Under the pieces are notes generated by a model. It had not been told where the DNA came from and made no database searches. It saw only the letters and a list, made by a program, of their open reading frames with translations. The position numbers and the translations under genes are program-made. Of a stretch of DNA of 64,000 nt, positions 26,053 to 38,873 are shown piece by piece. Location of the stretch: the NCBI GenBank assembly GCA_038087875.1, contig CM075988.1, positions 248,001 through 312,000 of the forward strand, given 5' to 3'. Each line of letters begins with the position of its first letter. Within the stretch, counting starts at the first letter, position 1. Source of the DNA: Malacoraja senta (taxonomy: Eukaryota).

Positions 26053-27708
26053 AAACCAACTACCACCACCACATTTGCTTAGCTTTTTCAAACCGACCAC
26101 CACCACCACACCACATTTGCTTAGCTTTTTCAAATCATCCACCACCACCACCACTTTTACATAGCTTTTCAAACCAACCACCACCACCACCACATTTGCT
26201 TAGCTTTTTCAAACCAACCACCAACACCACCACCACCACATTTGCTTAGCTTTTACAAACCAACCACCACCACCACCACCACATTTGCTTAGCTTTTTCA
26301 AGCCAACTACCACATTTGCTTAGCTTTTTCAAACCAACTACAACCACCACATTTGCTTAGCTTTTTCAAACCAATCACCACGACCACCACTACATTTGCT
26401 TAAACTTTTTCAAACCAACCACCTCCACCACCACCACCACCACATTTGCTTAGCTTTTCAAACCAACCACCACCACCACATTTGCTTAGCTTTTTCAAAC
26501 CAACCACCACCACCAACCACCACATTTGCTTAGCTTTTTCAAACCAACCGCCACCACCCCACCACATTTGCTTAGCTTTTTCAAACCAACCAACCAACAA
26601 CTACCAACACTACATTACTTAGCTTTTTCACACCAATCACTAACACCACCACCACATTTGCTTACCATTTTCAAACCAACCACCACCATCACCTCCACAT
26701 TTGCTTAGCTTTTAGAAACCAATCACCACCACCACAATTGCTTAGCTTTTTAAAACCAACCACCACCACCACCACCACATTTGCTTAGCTTTTTCAAACC
26801 AACCACCACCATCACCATCACCACCACATTTGCTTCACTTTTTCCAACCAACCACCACCACATTTGCTTAGCTTTTTCATACCAACCACCATTACCACCA
26901 CCACATTTGCATAGCTTTTTCAAACCAACCACCACCACCACCACATTTGCTTAGCTTTTTCAAATCAGCCACAACCACCACATTTGCTTTGCTTTTCAAA
27001 CCAACCACCACCAACACATTTGCCTAGCTTTTCCAAACCAAGCACCACCACCACCACCACATTTGCTCAGCTTTTTCAAACCAACCACCACAACCACATT
27101 TGCTTAGCTTTTTCAAACCAACCACCATGACCAACACATTTGCTTAGCTTTTCAAACCAACCACCACCACCACCACATTTGCTTAGCTTTTTCAAACCAT
27201 CCACCACCACATTTGCTTTGCTTTTTCAAACCAAGCAACATCACCACCACCACATTTGCTTAGCTTTTTCAAACCAACCACCACCACCACCACATTTGCT
27301 TAGCTTTTCCAAACCAAGCACCACCACCACCACCACATTTGCTTAGCTTTTTCAAACCAACCACCACAACCACATTTGCTTAGCTTTTTCAAACCAACCA
27401 CCACCACCACCACATTTGCTTAGCTTTTTCAAACCAACCAACCAACCACTACCACCACATTACTTAGCTTTTTCACACTAATCACTGACACCACCACCAC
27501 ATTTGCTTAGCATTTTCAAACCGACCACCACCACCACATTTGCTTAGCTTTTAGAAACAAATCACCGCCACCACCACCTCATTTGCTTAGCTGTTTCAAA
27601 CCAACCTCCACCACCACCACCACATTTGCTTAGCTTTTCAAACCAACCACCACCACCACATTTGCTCAGCTTATACAAACCAATCACCACCACCACCACC
27701 ACCACATT

Positions 27709-28665
27709 TAACCATATAACAATTACAGCAAGGAAACAGGCCATCTCAGCCCTTCTAGTCCATGCAGAACACTTACTCTCACCTAGTAAATCTCCTCTGT
27801 ACTCTCTCTATTTTGTTGACATCTTTCCTATAATTTGGTGACCAGAATTGTACACCATATTCCAGAATTGGCCTCACCATTGCCTTGTACAATTTTAACG
27901 TTACATCCCAACTTCTATACTCAATGCTCTGATTTATAAAGGCCAGCACACCAAAAGCTTTCTTTACCACCCTATCTACATGAGATTCCACCTTCAGGGA
28001 ACTATGCAGTTATTCCTAGATCCCTCTGTTCAACTGCATTCCTCAATTCGCTACCATTTACCATGTACGTCCTATTTTGATTTGTCCTGCCAAGATGTAG
28101 CACCTCACACTTATCAGCATTAAACTCCATCTGCCATCTTTCAGCCCACTCTTCCAAATGGCCTAAATCTCTCTGTAGACTTTGAAAATCTGCTTCATTA
28201 TCCACAACACCACCTATCTTAGTATCATCTGCATACTTACTAATCCAATTTACCACACCATTATCCAGATCATTGATGTATATGACAAACAACAGTGGAC
28301 CCAACACAGATCCCTGAGGCACCCCACTAGTCACCGGCCTCCAACCTGACAAACAGTTATCCACCATTACTCTCTGGTATCTCCCATTCAGCCACTGTTG
28401 AATCCATCTTGCTACCCCACTATTAATACCCAACAATTGAACCTTCTTAACCAACCTTCCATGTGGAACCTTGTCAAAGGCCTTACTGAAGTCCATATAA
28501 ACATCCACCACTTTACCCTCATCAATTTCCCTAGTAACCTCTTCAAAAAATTCAAGAAGATTAGTCAAACATGACCTTCCAGGCACAAATCCATGTTGAC
28601 TGTTCCTAATCAGGCCATGTTTATCCAGATGATTATATATATTATCTCTGTATCATTTCCATTAA
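27709..28665 (-). mobile_element. CR1 family B fragment in the satellite
   Basis: YADDTK RT motif; aaccatataac tail; internal deletion. Confidence 0.9.
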
Positions 28666-29482
28666 TTTGCTTAGCTGTTTCAAACCAACCATCACCATCA
28701 CCACCACATTTGCTTAGCTTTTTCAAACCAACCACCACCACCACCACATTTGATTAGCGTTTTCAAACCAACCACCACCACATATACTTAGCTTTTACAA
28801 ACCAACCACCACCACCACCACCACCACCACATTTGCTTAGCTTTTTCAAACCATCTACCACCACCCCCACCACATTTGCTTAGCTTTTTCAAACCATCCA
28901 CCACCACCCCCACCACATTTGCTTAGCTTTTTCAAACCAACCACCACCACCACTTTACTTAGCTTTTTCAAACCAACCACTACCACCAACACATTTACTT
29001 AGCTTTTTCAAACCAACCAACACCACCACCACATTTGCTTACCTTTTTCAAACCAACCACCACCACCACCACCACATTTGCTTAGCATTTTCAAACCAAC
29101 CACCACCACCACATTTGCTTAGCTTTTTCAAACCAACCACCACCACCACCACCACCTGTGCTTAGCTTTTTCAAACCAACCACCACCACAACCAGCACAT
29201 TTTCTCAGCTTTTTCAAACCAAACACCGCCACATTTACTTTGCTTTTTCAAACCAACCAACCACCACCACCACATTGGCCTTTCTTTTTCAAACCAACCA
29301 ACCACCACCAACACATTTGCTTTGCTTTTTCAAACTAACCAACCACCACCACCACCGCATTTGCTTTTTCAAACCAACCAACCACCACCACCACATTTGC
29401 TTTGCTTTTTCAAACCAACCAACCACCACCACAACATTTGCTTTGCTCTTTCAAACCAACGAACCACCACCACATATGCTTT

Positions 29483-29671
29483 CCCCTCCCCTTCATCAGC
29501 CCTCTGGTTGTCTCCTCCCCTCCCCCAGCCCTCAGGCTCCTCCTCCGCTTTTTTCCTTTCTTCTCCCCACCCCCTATCAGTCTGAAGAAGGGTTTCGGCC
29601 CGAAACGTTGCCTATTTCCTTCGCTCCATAGATGCTGCTGCACCCGCTGAGTTTCTCCAGCATTTTTGTGT
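29483..29671 (+). mobile_element. Solo Penelope pLTR in the satellite
   Basis: Matches about 10705-10901; 14-bp TSD accacatatgcttt at 29469-29482 and 29672-29685. Confidence 0.9.
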
Positions 29672-31582
29672 ACCACATATGCTTTGCTTTTTCAAACCAA
29701 CGAACCACCAACACCACATTTGCTTCGCTTTTTCAAACCAACCACCACCACCACCACATGTGCTTAGCTTTTTCAAACCAACCACCACCACCACCAGCAG
29801 CACATTTGCTCAGCTTTTTCAAACCAACCACCACCACCACAACATGTGCTTAGCTTTTTCAAACCAACCACCACCACCAGCAGCACATTTGCTCAGCTTT
29901 TTCAAACCAACCAACACCACCACATTTGCTTAGCTTCTACAAATCAATCACCACCACCACCACCACCACATTTGCTTAGCTTTTTCAAACCAATCAACCA
30001 CCACCACCACATTTAACCGTATAACCATATAACAATTACAGCACGGAAACAGCCCATCTCGGCCCTTCTAGTCCATGCTTAGTTTTTTCAAACCAACCAT
30101 CAAATTTGCTAAGCTTTTTCAAACCAACCACCATATTTGCTTTGCTTTTTCAAACCAACCTCCACCACCACCACATTTGCTTAGCTTTTTCAAACCAAGC
30201 ACCACAGCATTTGGTTAGATTTTTCAAACCACCACCACCACCACCACATTTGCTTAACTTTTTCAAACCAACCACCACCACCACCACCATCACATTTGCT
30301 TAGCATTTTCAAACCAACCACCACCACCACATTTGCTTAGCTTTTTCAAACCAACCACCACCACCACCACATTTGCTTAGCTTTTTCAAACCAACCACCA
30401 CCACCACATTTGCTTAGCTTTTTCAAACCAACCACCACCACCACCACATTTGCTTAGCATTTTCAAACCAACCACCACCACCACCACATTTGCTTAGCAT
30501 TTTCAAACCAACCACCACCACATGTGCTTAGCTTTTTCAAACCAACCACCACCACAACCAGCACATTTTTTCAGCTTTTTCAAACCAACCAACCACCACC
30601 ACAACCAGCACATTTTTTCAGCTTTTTCAAACCAAACCAACCAACCAATCACATTGGCCTTTCTTTTTCAAACCAACCAACCACCACCACCACATTTGCT
30701 TAGCTTTTTCAAACCAACCATCACCACATTTGCTTCGCTTTTTCAAACTAACCACCACCACCACCACATTTGGTTAGCTTTTTCAAACCAATCACCACCA
30801 CCACATTACTTAACTTTTTCAAACCAACCACTACCACCATCACCACATTTGCTTAGCTTTTTCAAACCAACCACCACCACATTTCCTTAGCTTTTTCAAA
30901 CCAACCACCACCATATTTCCTTAGCTTTTTCAAACCAACCACCACCTCCACCACATTTGCTTAGCTTTTTCAAACCAACCACCACCACCACATTTGCTTA
31001 GCTTTTTCAAACCAACCACCACCACCACATTTGCTTAGCTTTTTCAAACCAACCACCACTACCACATGTGCTTAGCTTTTTCAAAGTAACCACCACCACC
31101 AGCAGATTTGCTCAGCTTTTTCAAACCAACCACCACAACCACCACAATTGCTTTGCTTTTTCAAACCAATCAACCACCACCACAATTGCTTTGCTTTTTC
31201 AAACCAACCAACCACATTTGCTTTGCTTTTTCAAAACTACCATCCACCACCACATTTGCTTGGCTTTTTCAAACCAACCAACCACTACCACATTTACTTT
31301 GCTTTTTCAAACCAACCAACCACCACCACATTTGCTTTGCTTTTTCAAGCCAACCGAGAAGACAGGCACGGGTTACTGATTGTGGATGATCAACCATGAT
31401 CACAATGAATGACCGTGCTGGCTCGAAGGGCCGAATGGCCTGCTGCTGCATATATGTTTCTATGTTTGCTGACAGCACCAAAACTCAAGGAGTTGCCGGC
31501 AGTAGAGAATGTTGTCAGCAGATATGGTGGGATCATCTGCAGAAATGGGTGGATAAATTGGTTAGCCTGCATTTGGAATATA

Positions 31583-33208
31583 CAGTGGCTTGCAAAAGTA
31601 TTCATACCCCTTGAACTTTTCCACATTTTGTCACGTTACAACCACAAACGTAAATGTATTTTATTGGGATTTTATGTGATAGACCAAAACAAAGTGGCGC
31701 ATGATTGTGAAGTGGAAGGAAAATGATACATGGTTTTCAGATTTTTTTACAAAATTTTTACAAATAAAAAACTGAAAAGTGTCGCGTGCAAAAGTATTCA
31801 GCCCCCTTTACTCTGATACCCCTAAATAAAATCCAGTGCAACCAATTGCTTTCAGAAGTCACCTAATTAGTAAATAGAGTCCACTTGTGTGTAATCTAAT
31901 CTCAGTATAAATACAGCTGTTCTGTGAAGGCCTCAGAGGCCTTAGAGAACATTAGTGAACAAACAGCATCATGAAGCCCAAGGAACACACCAGACAGGTC
32001 AGGGATAACGTTGTGGAGAAGTTTAAAGCAGGGTTAGGTTATAAACAAATATCCCAAGCTTTGAACATCTCACGGAGCACTGTTCATTCCATCATCCGAA
32101 AATGGAAAGAATATGGCACAATTGCAAACCTACCAAGACATGGCCGTCCACCTAAACTGACAGGCCGGGCAAGGAGAGCATTGATCAGAGAAGCAGCCAA
32201 GAGGCCCATGGTAACTCTGGAGGAGCTGCAGAGATCCACAGCTCAGGTGGGAGAATCTGTCCACAGGACAACTATTAGTCGTGCACTCCACAAATCGGGC
32301 CTTTATGGAAGAGTGGCAAGAAGAAAGCCATTGTTGAAAAAAAGCCATAAGAAGTCCCGTTTGCAGTTTGCCACAAGCCATGTGGGGGACACAGCAAACA
32401 TGTGGAGGAAGGTGCTCTGGTCAGATGAGACCAAAATTGAAGTTTTTGGCCTAAATGCAAAACGCTATGTGTGGCGGAAACCTAACACTGCACATCACCC
32501 TGAACACACCATCCCCACTGTAAAACATGGTGGTGGCAGCATCATGCTGTGGGGATGCTTTTCTTCAGCAGGGACAGGGAAGCTGGTCAGAGTTGATGGG
32601 AAGATGGATGGAGCCAAATACAGGGCAATCTTGGAAGAAAACCTGTTAGAGTCTGCAAAAGACTTGAGACTGGGGCGGAGGTTCAACTTCCAGCAGGACA
32701 ACGACCCTAAACATACAGCCAGAGCTACAATGGAATGGTTTAGATCAAAGCATATTCATGTGTTAGAATGGCCCAGTCAAAGTCCAGACCTAAATCCAAT
32801 TGAGAATCTCTGGCAAGACTTGACAATTGCAGTTCACAGACACTCTCCATCCAATCTGACTGAGCTTGAGCTATTTTGCAAAGAAGAATGGGCAAAAATG
32901 TCAGTCTCTAGATGTGCAAAGCTGGTAGAGACATACCCCAAAAGACTTGCAGCTGTAATTGCAGCGAAAGGTGGTTCTACAAAGTATTGACTCAGGGGGG
33001 CTGAATACTTTTGCACACGACACTTTTCAGTTTTTTATTTGTAAAAAAATTTGAAAACCATGTATCATTTTCCTTCCACTTCACAATTATGCACCACTTT
33101 GTGTTGGTCTATCACATAAAATCCCAATAAAATACATTTACGTTTGTGGTTGTCACGTGACAAAATGTGGAAAAGTTCAAGGGGTATGAAAACTTTTGCA
33201 AGCCACTA
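31583..33208 (+). mobile_element. Full-length Tc1 transposon (IR/DR type)
   Basis: TA TSDs; TIRs of about 220 bp starting CAGTGGCTTGCAAAAG with an inner direct repeat gcaaaagtattca; last base of the right TIR is A instead of G. Confidence 0.97.
31971..32990 (+). CDS. Tc1 DD34E transposase, intact 339 aa
   Basis: HTH region, GRPPK, WSDETK, QQDNDPKH and SPDLNPIENLW; 34 residues between the second D and the E. Confidence 0.96.
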   Translation: MKPKEHTRQVRDNVVEKFKAGLGYKQISQALNISRSTVHSIIRKWKEYGTIANLPRHGRPPKLTGRARRALIREAAKRPMVTLEELQRSTAQVGESVHRTTISRALHKSGLYGRVARRKPLLKKSHKKSRLQFATSHVGDTANMWRKVLWSDETKIEVFGLNAKRYVWRKPNTAHHPEHTIPTVKHGGGSIMLWGCFSSAGTGKLVRVDGKMDGAKYRAILEENLLESAKDLRLGRRFNFQQDNDPKHTARATMEWFRSKHIHVLEWPSQSPDLNPIENLWQDLTIAVHRHSPSNLTELELFCKEEWAKMSVSRCAKLVETYPKRLAAVIAAKGGSTKY

Positions 33209-33850
33209 TAGCGTGCAGTTCAGGCACATGCCGTCAGGGTAGGCAAGGTAGGCACTGCCTACCCTGACTAAAATTATGACATGGTAATCATTAAATATAA
33301 ATAGTAAAGGCATGGGAGAATTATGCCTATCTAAGAGATCGATCTCTTAGATAGGCATAATTCTCCGTGCCTTTCAACCGCAGCACTTGTAACACGGGAA
33401 GGTCTGTGCAGCCCACGTGCCGTCAGCGCTGCCTGAAGCCGTCAATTTCAAGGGGAGCTGAAGGCAGCTGAAATTCTGCCTTTGTAGCACTGCGCATGTG
33501 CAGCAGCCTACTGCGCAGGCGCAGCGCAAGTTTCTTGGCGGGTTTTTCAAATATAGATTGCCATTATCTGAAGGGTATGTTAGGAAGCAATGAGAGAAGA
33601 ATGGAGTTTGTGTACCAATACCGCGGTAAGTACATTTCTTGGTACTTTGTTTTTAAATACTGTATTTCCCGGGGTGGGTGGGGGAACAGCTCCTTTCACA
33701 GTGTTTGAGGAGTCTGGCCCGTGGTGAAGCGGGGAGGGCAGGGCCAGTAATCCACTTGCGACGCTCCGGGCATGGAGCCACTGCATTGTGGCCAGGCAGT
33801 GAATTAGCTCGGGTGGCTGCCGCAGCGCTCCGGGCACGGACAGCAGAACT

Positions 33851-35701
33851 TAGGTATGTTACAATACTTACCTTCAGTCGCGCTGTAATTCTGCCACTGG
33901 CCGTGTGCGCGATTTTGGCGCCTTTAAGGGGGGGGGGCGGGATTAAAACGCGGTTTCTCCTCCCTTGTCCTGAATTATATTTCGTTGGAGTACAAGCGTT
34001 GGCTGGCAAATCGTTCCTAGGGGCATTTTGTGAATTTTTTATTTTTATTAAATCGTCAATGTCAGCGCTGGAGTAATTTTAAAAGCAGCTCCTGAAGCGT
34101 CAACGCCGATAACGGGGACGGATTTCACACACGGGACAGGTAAACGAAAGTGGTTTCTTTAAATGTATAAAAGTGCTTCTTAAGAAGCCTTTAATTCACA
34201 TTTTTTCATGCGAAACGGTGATTTTATTCCCCGAACTAACGGCAGTATTTTTCATGCCAATACGGGGTTAAATTCACTGCAAATGAACGTTCTAAAAGAT
34301 CGCGTTCCAGAAATCCTCACACAAGATGATTTAAATGCCCATTAATTTACAGGTATTAAACATTCAATTCCTTCCATTTGGCCTGTAAATTCATGACAAT
34401 GAGATTTAAAAATTATGTTATATTGTGAATTATTGTGTGAATGTTATTTGGACACTTAGGCTATTTAAAAATGTTAATCTATTCTTAAGAAATTGATAGA
34501 TGTTTAGATCTAGTAATTGAATTTTGTAATTAGCTACAATTAGGTAACTAACTAATTATATGCTTTACTTTCATGTCTTCTTTTTTTTTTTAATTTTTAT
34601 TTATTAGAAGTACATTACATTACAACCACATACATTAGTACTCGTCATTTATATCTTCTTACAATTAATGTACTCCATTTATTTTTTACACTAGAAAAGG
34701 AAAAGATTGAAAGAAAGAAGAAAGTGAAGGAAAAAGTGAAAGTGTAGAAAATGTGACAACAAAAAAGGACGAAGACCCTATAAGAGCAAAATTAAAAACA
34801 AAAGAAAAAGAGTTAAGGAATAGACCCTAGAAAAGAAAGAGAAAGAGAAAGAGGAAAAAGAGAGAAACAAATATTTTTATGAGCATTACGTAAATGGGAC
34901 ATACCAACTCTTCAACTATCATCCCCCCTTACCTGACCTCAATTTTTTTTTTTTTAAGTACTTTTGCACCCTATATTTGTAATAATTCTATAAAGGCAGA
35001 CCACGTCAGGTGGAAGTGATCTGGTTTACCTGCTAGGAGTCTTATCTCTTCTAGGTGTAATGTTTCAAACATATTTGAAATCCACATATTTATAGTTGGT
35101 ATTGGAGCCTTCTTCCAAAATTTTAGAATTAGCTTTTTTCCAGTTATTAACCCATAGTCCATTAGTTTCTTTTGAAACACATTTAGTTCTGGACCATCTT
35201 CCGTTATTCCGAAGATAATCCATTCTGCTTTGGGTATCAGTCTTGTTTTAAATAACTTTGTAAAGATTTCAAAAATGTCATTCCAAAATTTTTGAATTTT
35301 TGTACAGAAAACGAATGAGTGCGCTATAGTAGCTTCTTGGGATTGACATTTATCACAAATAGATGATACATTTGGGTCTTTCATGTCTTCTAAGTAAGAT
35401 TGTTTCATATTTGTTTCAGAATGCTTCAATTTATAATAACTGAAAATTTCTTTCAGTTATCTTAATTTTTAAGAAAGTTATGGGCTTTTAACTGTCCTCG
35501 TTCACAGCTTTTGTGTTAAGTCAATGGAAAAGCAATAGGGAACAAGATGCTAATTTCCGAGTATGAAAATGGCCATAACTTCATTAATACTGAAGATATG
35601 AAAGTGAATTAGGTGTCAAAATAAACTTATTTGTATGCTTTATCTGATGGGATAAATTGCAGACTTTATTTTTAAAATCTCAAAATTTTGTAACATTGCT
35701 A
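33851..35701. mobile_element. Non-autonomous DNA transposon with 7-bp TSD
   Basis: TIRs TAGGTATGTTACAA / TTGTAACATTGCTA; direct repeat cagaact at 33844-33850 and 35702-35708. Confidence 0.75.
34581..35377 (-). mobile_element. L1-clade LINE 3' fragment
   Basis: CDKC...H...C zinc knuckle followed by FW; poly(A) tail; TSD ctttcatgtcttc. Confidence 0.88.
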
Positions 35702-36486
35702 CAGAACTGGCCGCCACTTCCGAGGAAGGAAGCAGCTCGGGTGACTGCAGGCGGCCGCCGGGACCAGACAGCAGAACCAGCTGCCACTTCAGCGCCTTCT
35801 GCTGGTCCCCGCTCACCTCTAGCAGTGCTCTCTGTCTGAACACCTCTGTCCTGCCGCTCGCGGGCCGGCTTCCCGCAAATCCTTAAATTCCGACAGCGCG
35901 CTCAAGGGACCAATTGAGGTTACTCGGCTGTGGGCATTTAAGGATTTGCGGGAAGCAACTGACATGAGTGAAGCCGGCGAGCGGCAGGTGAGAGATGTTC
36001 AGTCGGAGAGCACTGCCAGAGGTGAGCGGGCTGGCAGAAGGCGCTGAAGTGACGGCCAGTTCTGCTGTCCTTGCCCGGAGCGCTGCGGCAGCGGTGATTG
36101 AGTCTGTCATGATCTCCGACCCCCTCCTTGTCAACATCCTGCCCTCCCATCTTTAACCCCTGGCACACTCCCCACACGCTGTGAAAGGAACTCTCCCTCC
36201 AATTGGTCCCTTGAATTAGTATTGTCATTCAATAAGATGACAACTGATTCAACGTCCCGGTCTGCTCGTGTTTTTCCCACCATCTCTGCACCTGCCTTCA
36301 TCCTCCGTCCCCCACACATTCAGTAATTAAAAAATGAAGGAGATTTAGAAGCCTTGGGCAAATTGAATTGTTACTTATTTTTATTTTTTATTTTTAAGGA
36401 GAGAACAATCTGCGCATGCGCGGTTTAAGATTTTTTTTCTTTAAGCCGCCTGCCTACCCTGAGTAATTACCCACGGCACGAGCCTG

Positions 36487-37920
36487 GTGCAGTTCTTGTT
36501 GCCATTATACAGTAAGGATATAAAGGCTTTGGAGAGGGTGCAGAGGAGGGTAACCAGAATGCTACCTGGATTGGGGAAGTTGGAAAAGTTCTTTACTCTG
36601 GAATATCGGACGTTGAGGGGAGACGATAGAAGTATATAGAATTATGAGAGGCATAAGTAGGATAGAGAGTAACATCCTTTTCCCAGGGTGGAATGTCCAA
36701 CACTTGAGGGCACAGATGTAAGATAAGACGTGGAATGTTTCATGGAGATGCCCGGAATAGGTTGTTTATGTAAAGAGTGGTGGATGCATGGAACGCATTA
36801 CCCCAAGTGGTAGTGGTGGCTGATACAATAGTGACGTTTAAGTAAGCACATGGAAGTCCAATGAATAGATATGGGTCATGTGCAGGCAGATGAGATCAAT
36901 GTAATATGGCATCATGTTCCGTGCAAATATTGTGGGTCGAAAGGCCCGCTCCAGTGATGTGCTGTTCTATGCTCTGTGTTCTATGAAGAGGCATATCAAT
37001 GGATGAGGAGCATGGTTCCAATTCAGTTGGAAAGAGCGCATACGCGATTCACCTGCGATTGCGGACTTGCGTTACAGTGAGAGGCTGGACAAACTGATAC
37101 TTTATTTTGGAGCAGAGGAGGTTGAGGGCTGATCTTATTCAAGATCATTTGTTATGGAAATCGGAGGGACATGGAGAAAATTAACATTCACGGTCTTTTT
37201 CCCAGGGTACAGGATTTTCGACTGGTGGGAATAGGCTGAGATTCACAGGTAATATGCACACAGAAGGTGGTCTGTATCTGGAATGATGTGCCAGAGGAAG
37301 CAATAGGAATGGATACAATTTTGACTTTTAAAGGACATTTGAACCATTATATGGATAGGGTGGGTTTAGATGGCTCTGGGCCTAAGGCAGACAAATGGAA
37401 CAAATCTAGTATACCATGATGTGTGGTATGGACAAGATGGGCTTTAGGCAATGCTTCCGTGCTGTTTTGCTCTGTGGCTCTGTGACTCTATGGCATAAGT
37501 GTGCTATAATCATACTCATTTTTTCTCAATCCACAAGAGTCAAGAAGAAAGGGACATGTTTACTGAGAAAAGGGAGAGGTTTGAAAAAAATCGGTGACAC
37601 ATTTTTTCACTGGAGATTGGTAAATTTCTGCATCGAACTACCAGATGAAGCGGCGGGTGCAATTCCGACATTTAATCCTAACCCCAACTGAACTTGATAC
37701 CCAGACGGGGATTTTTATCTTACTGTCTATCTTATGACATTATATACTCTCAGGTGAGCCTCAGGTTCCATCACTCTGGGGAAAAGAAGCCCTGCCTATT
37801 TAGTGTTTTCCCATAACGCTAGTCCTCCTTTTCAGATAACATCCCGATGAATCTCTTCTGCACCCTCTCCAACACAATCAAATTCTTCCTATAGTTAGGT
37901 GACGAGAACAACCCAAAGAT
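36487..37920. mobile_element. Old CR1 3' fragments
   Basis: Decayed ggagagggtgcagaggagg and gggtcgaaaggcc 3' UTR motifs; pieces on both strands. Confidence 0.7.
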
Positions 37921-38873
37921 GTTTTGGGAATTTTGTGCATTTTGCATGCCTCTCATCCCCCTCCCACAGCCTCCATAACCCACACCCCAGAACTGCCCGG
38001 CTTCCACCGCACACAAGGGAGATGGAGTGCAGGGGGGAATGCTGGAAGTGCGAGTATGGTAACAGATAGAGTGAGGCTGGGCAGAGAAGAGAACAGGGAG
38101 GGGAGGGGGGGCAGGATATGAAAGGGTCAAAAGGGGCGACACTGACCGCAGGAATAGTAGAAGAGTGGAGGAAAAGGTCTGGCGGAGGTGGCGGAGACGT
38201 GCAGTACACATGAGAAGTGGAAAAGGCAGTGACATAAGTAAAGCAGAGTGAGGGGAACGTGGAGAGAGTAATGACTAAATACCGGGGAGTTAAAGGGAGG
38301 TGAGGAGAAAGTACAAGTGTTGCGACTTGGAAGGGTCTCAGTGTGGTAGGATCAGGAAGTGAAGAGAAGCAAAGAATTGTACGGGTAGGAAATGGCAAGA
38401 TTAGGAATGGTGTCAGAGAGGAATAGAGGGGAGGAGGCAGGAAAGTGTGCACGAGGTATGGAGGGGCAGAGGCAGTAGGAGAGAAACAAGAGGATGACTA
38501 TGCAAGGAAAGGAGGTGGACAAGAAACTGGAGGAGGTGCAGGGAGGGAAATCGTGAAGCAACGGGAGTCAAGGAAAAACAGGGAAGATGAGGGAATGGGC
38601 CCGGGCAACAAGAATGGTGGAGGCGGGGAACCTATGGGGGAGAGACAAATGAACGGGAAGACCGGACAGAGGCCAAGGGGTGAAGATTGGATGGGGCTTG
38701 GTGGCACGGAATGGAAGGGCATTGAGGAGGTCGGGGAGGGGGGGGTGTCGGAAGAAAAGAAAGGAAGGGAGCCGAGTAAGGGTAGGAATGATACAAAGTG
38801 ACAGCTAGAACTCATGGAAGGGGCGGAGACTGGATGCAGGATGAATATTGCTATGAGCTCCAAGAAATCTCAC

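Larger units (their letters stand above)
21774..31355. repeat. Satellite: constant ACATTTGCTTAGCTTTTTCAAACCA plus variable (ACC)n
   Basis: Well over 100 units of about 30-50 bp, interrupted by four retroelement pieces. Confidence 0.95.
33221..36486. mobile_element. Non-autonomous hAT element with nested insertions
   Basis: TIRs CAGGCACATGCCGT / ACGGCACGAGCCTG; perfect 8-bp TSD gtgcagtt; subterminal ctgcctaccctga at both ends. Confidence 0.85.

Noticed and set aside
21774..31355. CRISPR-like constant repeat with variable spacers
   Set aside because: The spacers are only (ACC)n length variants, there are no cas genes, and the context is vertebrate
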